DNA of 62,931 nucleotides, the filler included, from Reticulomyxa filosa (taxonomy: Eukaryota > Protista > Foraminifera): the NCBI GenBank assembly GCA_000512085.1. It is 21 parts of 21 records of this genome, joined end to end, with 100 filler letters (N's around TTAATTAATTAA, not from the genome) between each part and the next. Parts side by side here need not be neighbours in the genome. Positions count along the whole stretch, not along the records: positions 25,316 to 33,122 come from ASPP01012839.1; positions 33,223 to 34,675 come from ASPP01002966.1; positions 34,776 to 36,489 come from ASPP01038828.1; positions 36,590 to 41,334 come from ASPP01021300.1; 17 more parts are not named here. The stretch is one strand, 5' to 3'. Each line of letters begins with the position of its first letter. Position 1 is the first letter of the stretch. The notes beneath the pieces were generated by a model. It was not told the DNA's origin. It was given only the letters and a program-made list of their open reading frames with translations, and did no database searches. A program made the position numbers and the translations under genes. Positions 25,916-39,995 of this stretch are shown one piece after another.

Positions 25916-26702
25916 TGTTTTTGCGATTATTTTTTAAAGTTCCGATCAAACAAAGGAGGTGGAAGTGACTTCGACAATCTTCCAGAAGACTTTTCAGTAG
26001 CAACTGACTACTTCGGTCGTTCATATAGTTTTGTTCAAATTAATATTAGGGTGAAATCAAATTTTTCATTTTATTTAATTAACTTCCAAAAAAACGTTTT
26101 GTCATTGTAACTTTCATGCAAATTTCTGCTACAACAAAAAAAAAGTTAGAGAAAAATATTTTTTCCAAGATTTAAAAACTGGACATTATTTTCAAAATGT
26201 AAATATCACTGCGTTTGCGAAAAGAATAACACACTAACTACAATCTCTTTGTCATTCTTTAAACTTCTTTTGTTTTCTTTATGACGAAAAAACGTTGAAC
26301 CTTTTTTATCAATTGAAGAGCGCAAAATATGGGTCAAATGAATTAAGAAATGGTCCGTCCTATTTCTATTTGAGGATAACAAAAATGTTCTTTTTTTTGT
26401 GTGAATTATTCAATTGCGAGAAAAAGAGAAATAAAATCATTGCAACAACGATTATCTATAAATTCTTTTTTATCCTTTATAATTTGTTAATTATTCCATG
26501 ATTATTTATTTTATCAATATTGTTTATATTTATTCTTGATTATTAAAATTAATAAAATATTCTTGGTTTTATTTCTTAGTTTTTTCATATGTAAAATAAA
26601 AAATGATATATTTATGAATATCATTAGTAATTCCATGCACAGAGTAATCAAATCAAATATGTTTTTGTAAAGACATCCTAAAAAGAGTTTTTTAAAGATT
26701 AA

Positions 26703-28850
26703 TTATTGAGATCGTTCACCCAAATTGAAATATAATTGAAAATAAGTGTAATTGGTTGATTTATCACGACGATAAAATGCCCCTTTTTGAACAGTGTAAA
26801 TGTTTGCTTTTGCAACAAGAGCTTGTTCTACTGTAATTCCATTAAACACTTCATTGTATTGAATATTTAAATGTTTGGAAAGTAATTTCATTAATTCGGT
26901 GTGACTAGGAATATGAAATGAAGATGTATTAAATGAATTTCCACCTCTCATATTGTTCGTATTTTCATTCATTGTATTTAAATTTATAAATTCATGATAA
27001 TTTTTTTCTAGTACATATAATACTTTTGCTTTCTTCATTATAAATCCATTCATAAATAACATCACCAAAATGAATTCGATATCCAATATTATGGCCCCTC
27101 AAATAACAATTATTTGCATCTGTTTGAATGGGACGATATGGCCAATTCTTTGCATTAATTGTAAATCTCCTTCACGAGGAATATTGTGTAATGATTTCTT
27201 ATCACTACACCAAAATAGAATTGGATGTTTTGCATAAACTTAAATATATACCAAACTTATTTTACAACAATTATCTGATGATATTAATTGTAAATTCATC
27301 AAACGATCTACGACATTCCAACTCCAATCATTATTTAACTCTCAGTTGTAATATAATCCCAATATGTTGTTAATTGCACTTGCAATTTTGTTATTCCTTT
27401 TTCATATACTTGTTTAAATGTTATATCTTTTGTTAATTTCTTGTTGTTTTCTTCTTGTTTTAATTTAATACATATTTCAAATAATAAAAATATTCGATTG
27501 ATGAGAAATGAAAATTTGTTTTTTTTTGAATTTTCAGTTTTAATTAATTTCATATTTCGACAAGCTGCCCAATAGAAAAAGCTACCTTCTTGCAATAATA
27601 CTTTGTAATCCTCAGGGACACCATTATCACTTATCTATTTATCTTTGACATACTCAATAGCATATCTAATTTGTTCAATTGGGTGGTACATGATTCGTTT
27701 TCTTAATATCCATTTACACATTTTTATCATTTCTGAATTACCCATCATTATTCCCTTTTTGTAATCATTTCCATAATAGATTCGAAAGGAGTTCGTGCAG
27801 TAATTATATCAACAGCACCCTCTCTGAAATCAACTCATGTTACCTTGTTCAATACAATAACGAGCAATATCCCAATGTTTGTAATGGATTTTAAATGCAT
27901 TATTGATACCAATGGGATAATTTTGCAATGTAGATTTCAGCTTTGAGATGTTACCTGATTATACTGCTTCATGAACAGAAGTATAACAATCATTTTGTTT
28001 ATTATCATTGCAAAGTTGTTGCAATTGTGATATAATTTGCTTATCAAAACAAGGATATGGAATATCATTATATTCATCATATGCTTATTAATAAGTTGGA
28101 AAATTCCATTTCATGGATTGAATACGAGAATTGCAAATATTTTTATTTCAATTTTATTTTATTTTTTCTCAAAAAAAAAAAAAAAATCATTGTCATGTTA
28201 CTGTTGATGACATATTTTCTTCTAACATACCAAGTATTATACCTTTCCATATAACCAGATATTTTCATTTAGTTTGATGAAAAGTATTTTGGACCAATTC
28301 TTCATACGATATACGAAAATATTTACTTTATGTGATTGGATCCATTAATTAAATATTTGAAAACGTGATTAATTTGCTATTCATTCAGTCTCATTACAAT
28401 TACCTTAAGCAATTCTCTGAATGCAATATAACAATGCCCATTTTTATTTTTATTTTGAAGTTTATCTATCAAATATTCAAAAGCAAAGTCCAATTGTTTT
28501 TCATTCAATCTCACTGAAAATTCTCCAAAAATTTTCTCAAATCATTGTTTCTTAATATATAATTTTATTGAAAATCTTCCAAGTAATTCTACCATTTAAT
28601 CGGTTTATCAAATAATTTAAAGAATTATTCAATTGTTTATCACTCTTTTTTTTCATCACTTTTATCCAGAGATATTGATAATCTTTCGCAAATGAATTTG
28701 CAACAACAATTAAAATTGATTTGATTATTTGCTCTATAAATATGCCCAATATGACGTACTTGTGATCCATCCTGCAATTTTATTGTTTCTTGTACATTGC
28801 TACTATACAGCAATGAACTCAACCATTTTCCATTTCTTGTTCAGGATCAT
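26703..28850 (-). pseudogene. Decayed HEAT-repeat plus ankyrin-like multidomain gene
   Basis: Fragments KSDKQLNNSLNYLINRL and NEKQLDFAFEYLIDK (same repeat type as contig 8), then SVHEAV..HWDIARYCIEQG (ankyrin-like) and a C-terminal region; many frameshifts and stops. Confidence 0.6.
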
Positions 28851-29402
28851 CAAACAGTGGGGCCAATTTATCTTGAAGTTTCTTTTACTTTTTCAACAAA
28901 AAGAGTTTCTTTCAAAAGATCTTTCATTTCCATTTCTTTCCTATTGGTTTAATAAGTTTAATTTTTTTATCTTCTTTTAATCTCAGAAAAAAATTAAAGG
29001 AAAAACCTCAAAAAAACTTTTGTTGAAGTTCATGATGCATATTTAGATTGTTACCAAAAAAAAATGAATTGTTGGATTTACTAAATGTAATTGATAAAAA
29101 GATAATCAATCAAACTTGACAAAGATACTAACGTATTTCTGTCATATCATTTGTGGAAAACTTAACTAAGTTATTTAATGTTTAAAAAAAGATGACAATG
29201 CAGAAGATGGAAAACAAACACAAACAAATAAAAAAGCAGATATACGTTGAGAAAAAAAAATAAAAATGGAGTTGCAATTTTTATTGATGAAAATTGTGCA
29301 ATATTTTATTAGGGTGATATGGACGAAATGACATATATGTACATATCCATACGTATAATCCATTTACACACATACAATGATGAAAGATTTTTTATTCTTT
29401 TC

Positions 29403-30560
29403 CTATTTTGTGGTTCTTTTATCACTATTTTTGGAGCCATCATGATTTTTATCTTGTCCATTATCTTTTTTACAATCCCAAATACTTTGTAATGTCATAA
29501 AATTGTCATTATCATCGTCTGTGTCCATTTCTTGTTTGTTTTTGGTGAAAAAATTAAAGTATTTATTTTTGTTTACATCTTGATTAAAATAATCTTCCCA
29601 ATCAATTTGTAATCTCTCATCACTGAAAAATATATTTTCAGGATCATCATCAAATCTATTTTTTTTATCTTTATCCAAATCAAATTGTGATATTGTATTA
29701 TCACATTCAATATCCATTTTATTATTTTGTTTATTATGTTTTGTAGAATGATTTTTGGAGCCAGTAGAAAAAAATGGATATTCAATAGTTTCTTGATCAA
29801 AATCTGGATTATTATTTTCTACTCCTTCTTCTGGAGAAGAGTGTTTATCATCCAGACAATCAGGATCGATATCAAACATTATTGAACTTTTGTCCATATA
29901 TTTTGTTTTTGTTGGTAATAACTTATTCACAGCACCTTTTGTATTATTATTATCGTTTTCTTGTTTACTATGAAATCTATTTAAATTTTTATTTACTTCT
30001 GCAATTCGATTTCTAATTTAATGACCAGCACTTAAAATTCTTCCAAAACCAGTTCCAATAGTATCTTCATTAAATGTTTTTTCATTTAATTTTGGTCCAG
30101 GATTTAATGCAACTGATTCATTCTTTACAATTTGAATTAAATTATTACGAATTGGAGTCACTCTTTTTTTAATTTGTCCAATTTTTTTTCATTTTTTAAA
30201 TTTCTCATCAATGAATTCAATTCTAAATCAAAATTTGTTAATTTTGCTTGAGCTAATTGTATAGATTCTTTTTTTTTTTATTATGACAATCTTTTAAACT
30301 AATTTGTAAAAGATTGATTGTGCCATTGCAAAATTTGCTATCTGTAAAACTTTTGTATGTTTATTCGTTGCTTCTTTTTTCAAGCGTCTCACTCTTATTA
30401 CTTCATTTAGATATCTTCGAATCATTATGAAACAATCATCCATTTGTTCTAATAACACTTGTTGTGTTGCTATCTCTTGTTTTTGCAGACTGTTTGTTGT
30501 TGTGGTTTCATTAATTCTTGTCGTTGTTTTTGATATTGTGGCCAATAATTTTCCATCTTT
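29403..30560 (-). pseudogene. Asn/Asp-rich hypothetical gene, copy A (in-frame TAA at 30018-30020, frameshift near 30165)
   Basis: ORFs 30294-30545 and 29403-29930 are linked by a coding-like segment PGPKLNEKTFNEDTIGTGFGRILSAGH*. Confidence 0.5.
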
Positions 30561-30781
30561 TTTCTTTTTCTTTCAATTTGTAAATACACAAACTAAAAAC
30601 GGGGATTTCAAAGAACTTTTTCATTTATCAAAAGTATAAATTTTTATAAAAAGATATCTATCATTTTTTTTTTTAACTGATATTTTTTAAAATGTTTAAA
30701 ATTAAAATTAAAAATTATTACATCTATTAAAAAGAAAGTAGTTTTAAATTTGAAAAAAGTATGAATTTTTTTTTTATTTTT

Positions 30782-31270
30782 GACCAAAATTAAATGAAAA
30801 AACATTTAATGAAGATACTGTTGGAACTGGTTTTAGATCCTGATTGTCTTGAAGATGAACAATTTTTTCCAGAAGAAGAAGAAGAAGGAAATTATAAATC
30901 AAATCTGAATTCATTTACTGAAAATAACTCTTCTTTTACTGACTCTAAAAATCATTCTACAAAACGTAGTGAAATGGATATTGAAAATAATAATACAATT
31001 TCAAACAAATATGGTTATGGAAAATCACAAGTTGGTCGGAAACAGGAAATGGATGTAGATAATAATTGTTATGGAAATAGCAATGAAAAAGATACATCAC
31101 AGAGTATTTGGAGTTATGGTGAAAATGAGATGAGACAAAACAAAAATTATTTTGAAGATTATGAATCATCACAGTGGAATGAAGAGTAATAATAATAGTG
31201 ACTCCAGAAATAAAAAAAAAAAAAGGAAAAGAATAAAAATGTTTTATTTAAATTTTTGTGTGTGAGTAAA
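30782..31270 (+). pseudogene. Inverted, truncated, internally deleted paralog (copy B) of the gene at 29403-30560
   Basis: 30782-30834 is the reverse complement of 30045-30097 (52/53 identical); shared DPDCL, SKNHSTK, MDIE, KQEMD and QSIW motifs, plus a similar 3' flank. Confidence 0.75.
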
Positions 31271-31773
31271 GTTATACGTATGAATACATACGCTTTTTCC
31301 TGTGTACTCTTCTTCAAGTATACGTTTTCTTTTTTTTAAGTATCAACATTTTGAGCATAATAAGTTCAATTTTCAATGTTTCTTTTGAAATATTAATTAT
31401 TAATATTAAAATATATTCAATAAATATCATTTTATCAACTTCTACATAATCCTGATGAATATCTTTATTTATAAATACTATTTTTGAAAAAATGTTAATT
31501 TTTTTTTCTTTCTTCAAATGACATTTCAAATATTTTATAAACGTCCATTTTTAATAAAACTTTTTTTGTGATACAAATACAAAAATAGAAATTACTTTTT
31601 TTTGTTTTGTTTTGAATCCATTATAATTATAAATTGGAGTATTTTCAAAAACATTACACTCTTACACAACTTCAATTAAATCCAATTTTTTTTTCTTTTT
31701 TCAATAAAACTAAAAAGAAAATATTACTCCATTTTTTTTTTTTTTTCTCTCACTCTCATTCTTTTTCTGTTGA

Positions 31774-32109
31774 TTAAACACCATATTGCTTTCCCAAATT
31801 TGCACATAATGAAAATAGCCACATTGCATCCACATTCTCTTCATCTGTAAAACCTTTCATCATTGTCATTGCTCTTTGAACCATTGCTGCTACGTATATT
31901 GCTTCTGCTGGTTTATATTCTCCATTATGTTTACCACAATCCCATCTCCAATCTTTAAATGGTCTTGAATGTCCACTTACACAACGTATATCTGCTTTTT
32001 CATTTATTTGTGTTTGTTTTCCATCTTCTGCATGATACCAATACGATCTTATATCTTTTCCTTTATCACAAGCAGGACATCCAATTTTCAGATTTCTCCA
32101 GGTTGTCAT
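31774..32109 (-). CDS. 111-aa intronless uncharacterised protein with Cys/His/Trp pattern (putative zinc-binding)
   Basis: Clean ATG-to-TAA ORF, GC-richer than its flanks; CPAC..WYH..ADIRC..GH..WRWDCGKH..Y plus a helical C-terminus. Confidence 0.8.
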   Translation of the reverse strand: MTTWRNLKIGCPACDKGKDIRSYWYHAEDGKQTQINEKADIRCVSGHSRPFKDWRWDCGKHNGEYKPAEAIYVAAMVQRAMTMMKGFTDEENVDAMWLFSLCANLGKQYGV

Positions 32110-33222
32110 CTTTTTTTTTAAGTGTTATATAGCTTTATGTTGAAACTTGGTTTGTTAAAAAACATATACAAATCAAAAGTTACATACTTTCTTTAATTTG
32201 GTTTTTTTTTCAATTCTCAAATCTTTACAACTACAACAAACAAACAAACAAAACAAAAAAAAAAGGAGGTTCCTAAAATTAATGAATGCAATTTATACAA
32301 TTAATAAGTAATGTTTTAAATTCAGATATTGCAAATTTTTACTTTTCAAACTTAGTAAAAAAATAAAAAAAGTATTTAGATGCAATGAACATATGTAAAT
32401 TGATATTAAAACAGTGAACCAGATATAAAAGAAATATTGATTATACATTATATCTGATATATTATCCCAAACACTTACATATTTCATTAATCAATGTATA
32501 TTTATTTTCTTCAAGCGAAGAAGATCTAAAAGACAATAAAGTAATTTGATTGCTATTTTTGTTATTGTTATCTATTAATTTCACTACACAGTGTCCTTTT
32601 AATTGAGCCACAGATAAATTCATATTCAAAAAAATGATTATTTCCAAAAGTTTTTTGTATTGTTAATATTGCTACATTTTTTGAAGTCTTTGAAAAAATA
32701 AAAAATGTAATTTTTCAATCATTTTTGCTACATGTGATAATAATTATTTAAAAACAAAAATATTAGTCTGTTCCCTTTATGGGTAGAAAAAAGAAAAAAA
32801 CAAAGAAAAGCAAGTGGTACATTTCATTTCAACAACTCCTTCAGACAGAGTTGTCTTTTAACATTTTATTGGTTGTAATTATAGATAAATCTATTAGAAG
32901 AAGAAATTAAATAAATAAGAGCCAATCTGAAACCTGTTCATTGTATTCTCAAATTAAATTTACAAAATTGAAGTGTCCTAATTCAATTAATTTTATTATC
33001 GAAATTTTGCAAAGCAAATATATTCTCCCTAATACTTTACAATTAAGATCCAATTTTTAGATTGAATGAATTGATAGGAAAATCAAAACAAATTTTTGTC
33101 AACGTCTTTTTACTTAAAAAAANNNNNNNNNNNNNNNNNNNNNNNNNNNNNNNNNNNNNNNNNNNNTTAATTAATTAANNNNNNNNNNNNNNNNNNNNNN
33201 NNNNNNNNNNNNNNNNNNNNNN

Positions 33223-34612
33223 GTTATTGTTATTATTATTATCCGTTGCACCACTTTGTCGATGTACGTGCATTGGATCACTTTCAGGTTCGCTGGTACT
33301 ATCATAGCGAGTACTCTTGCAGTGGACATCTGACGACTTACCTATTGGCTTCGTGGAAAATTTGAATGCAACAGCGACGTTGTTTAGGTCATCAATACTT
33401 GGAACTGCCGCATGTCCATGATGACCATGGCTATGGTGATGCCCATGAGCATGATGACGGTGACTGTGACCGTGACCGTGCCTATGTGTTGAAACGGGAC
33501 AAAATGTCGCGTTCAACTGGTCAATCTCTTTTGAAGAAACAGTTTCTTCTTTGATTGTACGAACTCGCGAAAACCCGAAATCGGTGCTGTCTTCGATGTT
33601 GGTCGTCGCAGCAGTTGGAGTTGCATTGGCCTTTTTTTTCCCCCCTCGATCTCTTCTTAGGCCTATGTCCTGTAGTGTTTCGTCTATTGTGTCGCCATCC
33701 TTGTTGTCATTGGATCCATTGTGATTGTGATCGTGATTGTGATTGTGATTGTGATTATGATTATGATTATGATTGTGAGGTGATGATGATGCTGATGATG
33801 ATGTGATGGTGACGGTGATGATGATGGATATGGTCGTCATGATCATCATTTGCACCATCGTCATCACCGTCGTCTCCTTTATCGTCTCTGCGACTTTCCT
33901 TTGTGTGAGCATGAAGGCCATCGAGGACAAAGGACGGGGACAGAGACGGAGATGATGGGGGCGGACTGACGACAGGCGACTGCTCTTCTTGTGTCAGTTC
34001 AGTTTCAATGACCTGTTGAAAGGACGTCAGATCGGAGGGCTCCAAAAAAATGAAGCGTCCCCGGACCATGCCTTCGATCAGGTAATTGACAATCAGTATG
34101 GACACTCCAGTCAGCCACATCATCAGCATAGGCGGAATATCACGTGTGTGAGTCTGTTGGATGCTATTGAATAAATACCAGCACACGTCACTGTACTCAT
34201 TTTCTTTGTTCCAAAATGGGGATGCTTCATTTGTTGGCATTGCATTATTCATATTCATATTCTTATTATTACTATTATTCGCATTATTGATATTGGTTAG
34301 ATGGCCATTTGTGGTTCCAATGGTATTGCCACAGGTGGAATATAGTGTGGAGCATATCAAAGATACGACTGCACTGCTATGCAGGATTTCAAACAACCTT
34401 CGACGAAAGCCGATTTGAAAGATAAACAGACGGCTGAATATCAGCTTCATCAACACATTCGCTGTCCCGACAAACAGCACTGTCACCACGTAAAAGTAAG
34501 GAAACAACGCCAACGGAACTTCCACGAGGTAATGGATTATCGGCAGGTGTGATAACACACTTATGAATAACCACGAATACACGATAAACATGCTGTATTC
34601 ATACCCACCCAT
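33223..34612 (-). CDS. Multi-pass membrane protein with His/Asn/Asp-rich cytoplasmic region; frameshift near 33800; truncated
   Basis: Four hydrophobic segments in ORF 33767-34612, continuing after a frame change into the (HN)n and HRHGHGHSH-rich ORF. Confidence 0.6.
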
Positions 34613-34637
34613 TTTTTCGCTTCGAAATTTCCGAATA

Positions 34638-34675
<38 letters not shown>

Positions 34676-36589
34676 NNNNNNNNNNNNNNNNNNNNNNNNN
34701 NNNNNNNNNNNNNNNNNNNTTAATTAATTAANNNNNNNNNNNNNNNNNNNNNNNNNNNNNNNNNNNNNNNNNNNNAAGATTTTGGAAGCAATGATTGAAA
34801 AATTGCAATTGAATGATCGTGTTGAAATAGCTGCAAGATGGACAAGTTTATTTTAATAATAATTTATCATTTATAATTATAATTTTATTTATTCAAATGA
34901 ACAAATGACATAAAAAAATTTGTACACATATAATATCTATAATACATATATGAAAGGAACAGTTCGATATATTTCATCAAATGAAATCAATAGCAATGAA
35001 AGCAATGGAATTGTTTGGACCATATTTTGAAGCAAAGGGTCTATGATCTTTGAAAACTTTGATGTGACCAATTTGGGCACGTACTTTGAAGATCAAGATT
35101 ATGTGACCACGGCACAAAGGAAAAGTGATATTTATTGACAAAGTCAAGTTTTCTCCCCAAGAAATAGCGGGTTTGATCCCCGACGAGTGGAGTCCAAACG
35201 GGCACAACAAGAAACCATCGAGCCGACTCTCTTCATTTCAAAGTCGGAGATAACATTTGGTTTTCACGTTTCAAAATTGGTGTCATTCGTTTCATTGGAA
35301 TCACCGAGGAAACTGGTACTGATGAAATTATTGGCATTGAGTTTTGTGTTATTTCTTGTTTGTAATAACAAATAAATATGTATACTCTTGTTATTATTAT
35401 TTATAATCAATTTGTTTTTGTTTTTGTGATCAAGACTCAATTCGTGAAATGTAAATGCAAAAGAAAAACGACGATGAAGGTGAAATTGTAACCCAAAAAA
35501 AAAAAAACACTTGTGAGTGAAGGAAGAAGACGTGACTCCATTGTTTAACTGGCCCGAATACCCTTTAATCGGAGGGCCATGTTCGAACAGAGACAGTGTT
35601 GATTGGAACCGTCTGCTTCTTAGAAGAAAACCAATTTCTCCAAAGATCAAATTGTCATTGACATTGCACTGGATGATTGGCAGCCCTCCTTCCCATTCAT
35701 ATTGCCAAGACAAATACGAAATGTTGAGGCCCAATGTCTTGTTTTTTGCTGTGCAATATTTGTTTGAAGTCAAAAGACATGTATCAATTGACTTGAGTGT
35801 AAAATGTATTTGTGAAAGAAATAAAAATGTTGACACAACGGGGGTGATCTGAGTCTCCAAATATTTGAAAGGACGATTGTCCATAATGTAAAGTTATGAA
35901 ATCCTACTAGGAGCTTACAAAAGCGTCGGCATGGTGAGTGGCCCACTGCTATCGTCATGGGAACAAATCCACCAAAGGAGATTGGTTTTTCCAATGCTCA
36001 AAATGTGAGCAAGTCGATTTGTGTTTGCTGAAATTACACTTTGTCGATTATATTCGCGAAGAGAATATCCACAATCTTCGAAGCTCGGTATCGTTAGGTG
36101 AACGGACAATGAATCTTTGAAGAAATCGATAGAGATAATGCAATATCCAAACTGTCTCAAAAAGATCAAGATGATTTATAACTCAAGGACGTGTATCAAA
36201 TCATGCCGACATCCCAAGAAATATTCAAAGCACCAATATGATAGAAAACTGCTAATTCCTCCAGTCGCCATTCATCCGATATTACAAAGGTATGATTGAA
36301 TTCAATGGAAGCTTCTGAACAAGTGTGAAAATATCAAGTGGAAACCCGGAGGCACCGGTGAACAAGGAAAATTCGATCGTTGTGGAAATTGGCGCTAATT
36401 TTATGGTGCAGAACAACAATCGATGCGCAGGTGCCTTTGGCACACTCAAAAATCAAGTTGAGCCATAGCACGCAAAAGAGCAAGAAAGANNNNNNNNNNN
36501 NNNNNNNNNNNNNNNNNNNNNNNNNNNNNNNNNTTAATTAATTAANNNNNNNNNNNNNNNNNNNNNNNNNNNNNNNNNNNNNNNNNNNN

Positions 36590-36621
<32 letters not shown>

Positions 36622-37159
36622 GTGGTTTTTTTTGTTGTTATTGTTGGTATCTACTTTTGCTACAATGTGCATCCTATCCGTATATTTGTGTAGGCACGTA
36701 AAATTAATGTTTGTTCGTGCATGTGCTTGAGTAACACTTTTATTAAGTTTTGAATATTGTTCGTGCCTTGTCTTCTTTATTTTCAAAATAAGCTCTCAAA
36801 AGTTATTACTTTTTGCCTGCACTTATACAAGAGATCAATTATTGTGCTTTTTTTTAGGAAGTCTTTTTCTGTTTTCACAGTACATAACTACTTGCCTATG
36901 GAAAAAAAACTGCTTGAGAAGTACTATTTTGACGAATTTTGAAAGGTAATGCAAGATTAACTATCGCTTCTGGATTTTTTTAGGTGAAAAACGAATTAAG
37001 TCAATAATAATTACATAATTCCTGCTAAGGGATGCACTCTACTAAGACTGAAGCGTTTTTGAAAGTAATAGAACTGAAAGGGGACAAAGTTATATTCTGC
37101 CAATTTGGATACACTGTTCAATACGCAATAAGCGATCAGACCACAACAAAAGAGATACG

Positions 37160-38356
37160 ATGACAGACATGCAAGCAACCTTGAAACAGTGGTCCACACC
37201 AAACTGGGGAACTGGACCAAGCACGATAATGTCAGATGCTGACAAAAAGTTACAAACGTTTCCGACACAAACAATTTATGGTCACTTTTATGACAAAACG
37301 GATGAGCGTGGAATGGTTAAAAAAAATAATAAAAAATACAAATACAAATATGAATATAAAAGCATACAAATATATGAACAAAAAGGCTCTGCGAAGGATG
37401 CCGCCGTGGAAACGTGGAGGAAGTAATAGAAGCATTGAACTTGGGTGCAGACGCAAACTTGCAATTTCGGCTAGCGTTGGGCGAAGTAACCCCAATTTTT
37501 TTGTGTGCACAAAAAGGATACACCAAGATAGCGGAAGAGCTGTGCAAAAAAGGAGCAGATGTGGAAAGGACGATGGATTTTGATTCAACCTTGCCTCTTC
37601 ATCACGCAGCTTGTATGTTCATACCCCATTGCATGTGTTTTTCCAAGGGAGGAATTGAAGGGTACAGGGGGGGGGGGGAGGAGAAAAAGAGAAAGACAAA
37701 TAAATAAGAAAAGGGGATGCGTAAAAGTGGGACATGTAAAAAAAGACACAATAGCTCATGTACTTGTTTTGTTTAATTCCCCCCTTTTTTATGTCTCCCC
37801 CTAAAAAAAAATCAAAGTATACGTTATTAAAAATAAATAATAAAAAATGAAAGCTAATTCCCAACCTGGAATGTGTGAGTTTTTGATTGGAAAAAATTGT
37901 GACGTAAATGCATTGGACAAATTGAAACGCACTCCTCTGATGGACGCAGCAGAAGTGGGGTGTTTGGAAGCAGTAAAAATATTGTTGAAACATCACGCCA
38001 ATATTGACGCTGTAGACAATGAAGGATTTAACGCATTGAGTTATTGCATCGATTTTGTTAGCAAAAAGGATCAAAAATTTTATGATACGGCCAAGCATTT
38101 GGTTCAAAACGATGCGAATGTCAATAGTGAAGGTAAATTTGCACGACGCACAATCCTTCACTGTGCTGCTGCCCAAGGAGATAAGGAATTTGTTTACGAT
38201 TTGATTGAAAACAAACGCGCCAAAGTCAAAGTCAAGGACAATGAGGGAAAAACGCCTGTTGATTATGCAAAACAAACAAATAATCTTGAATTAGCGCAGT
38301 ATCTGGAGCAGCATGCTAATGCTGAAAACACCGACTGCAGTTTTGTACACATTTAA
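37160..38356 (+). CDS. Ankyrin-repeat protein (3 exons)
   Basis: TPIFLCAQKGY, LPLHHAA, RTPLMDAAEVG, RTILHCAAAQG, GKTPVDYA; first-exon frame ambiguous. Confidence 0.9.
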
Positions 38357-39490
38357 AAAAATTAATGAAATGTTTTGTTGTAATGCAATTACATTTTAAT
38401 ATGCTGTGTGGATTGCCATAGGCTGTGTCGTGTTGTAAACTAGAAAAAGATTGTCACAATTGAAAGGGAAAAAAGAAAAAACGCATGGTTGTCGCAGATT
38501 ACGGCAGTACATTGTTTTTTTTGTTTTAATATTTTCCATGAATCCAGTTAGTCATGTTTTTTCTTTTTGTTTTGCCAACACAAAACGATCAGATAAACTT
38601 GTTGTTTCCTGTTCCACTTTTTAAAATTTTTTCTTTCCCTCTTGATTCGGTTCAGTTGTTTGTGTTTTTTCCTTTGTTGAGTGCGAGATTTGAAGGTTGG
38701 TAATCTTGATTTTGTTTTTTTTGTCGAAATTCACAACTCCCCATTCAACTTTTAAACCAAAAATTCTATTTTGTCACTTGCTGTGGAACCAGGTTCAAAT
38801 TGTAAATTTACCAGTTTTCACTGGTTGAATTTTTCCGATCTAAAATATATTGACATATGGCCCGAAAAGATCAGTAACTTGTAACAGTTGCCAAAAGAGA
38901 ATATAGGGAATGTGAACTTAAACTTCAAACTATTTAATCTACGAGGTTAATGTTACAAGCTCTTTACAATTTAAAACTTAACAATTGTAATTCCTACATT
39001 TGTATCCAATTGATGAAATTAGTTATTTGTCTACAACTTCAAGATTTAGAGCTCATGACTTTGTTACAGAAAATTCATGCGCAATGTCATTTCTCTTAAC
39101 GCAAAAACGGCCCACAATTTTTTTGTCTTGAATTAACATGTTTTTGGCTTTTATATTTGCGGCAAATAAAAATAATTTGGAATTATGTATGCATTTTAGT
39201 CATTTTACTACAAAAAAAAAGTACGACTATTTACTTTTTTCCTAGAAATGTGTTGGACAGAGAAAGTCTTTTTTCATTCTGTCAAATTGTTTTTGCATTG
39301 AGAAGTGAGAAATGGAACACACAAACAATAAGACACAAGCAAGAAAAACGAAGAAACAACACCGTGAACCTTGTGAATTTTTGGTTTGTTTCATTTTTCT
39401 TTGCCGAATTCAAGGTTGAAGATTTTTATGTGTTCAAATTCAAAACTCACTTAAGGAACATAATAAGAAATTCATGTTTGTAATTTCAAC

Positions 39491-39995
39491 TTAAGAACGC
39501 TCAGTATCAACAATAGTGACTTCTACTTCAACTCCTGGTTGAATTTTGATTTTGGTAATATCACCAACAACTTGAGTAGCAGCTTGCAAATCAATTAAAC
39601 GCTTGTGGATTCGCATTTGGAAACGATCCCAAGTCTTTGAACCTAACCAAAGATAGTTTCATTTAAAGCTACGAAAAATCGCAAAAAAAAAAAACACAAC
39701 AATAACCTACCTTCACCACACGGGGTTTTTCTGCAAGTAATACGCAAAACCTTTGTTGGAAGACGAACAGGTCCCTTTACAAAATTAACTCCTTTACTTT
39801 TAGCACCTTCGGTCAACTGTCGCGATACTATTCATCCCAAAGCGCTTGAAAATAATAAATAACAAAATAATACAGAATTTGTAACATACCATCCTCAAGT
39901 GCTTTTACGTTGCATGATGTGAGGGTTATGCGAATATGGTGAAAATCTTTAACTTCTGGGACGCCGACTAATTTTTGTTTCACGATGTCTGCCAT
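39491..39995 (-). CDS. RPS20: 40S ribosomal protein S20 (uS10); introns 39828-39889 and 39643-39710
   Basis: [66 protein letters not shown]. Confidence 0.97.

Noticed and set aside
37300-37390. Non-canonical splice junction in the ankyrin gene's first intron
   Set aside because: A canonical GT-AG join works if exon 1 is read in the alternative frame (MSVEW|LCEG); cannot be resolved without RNA data
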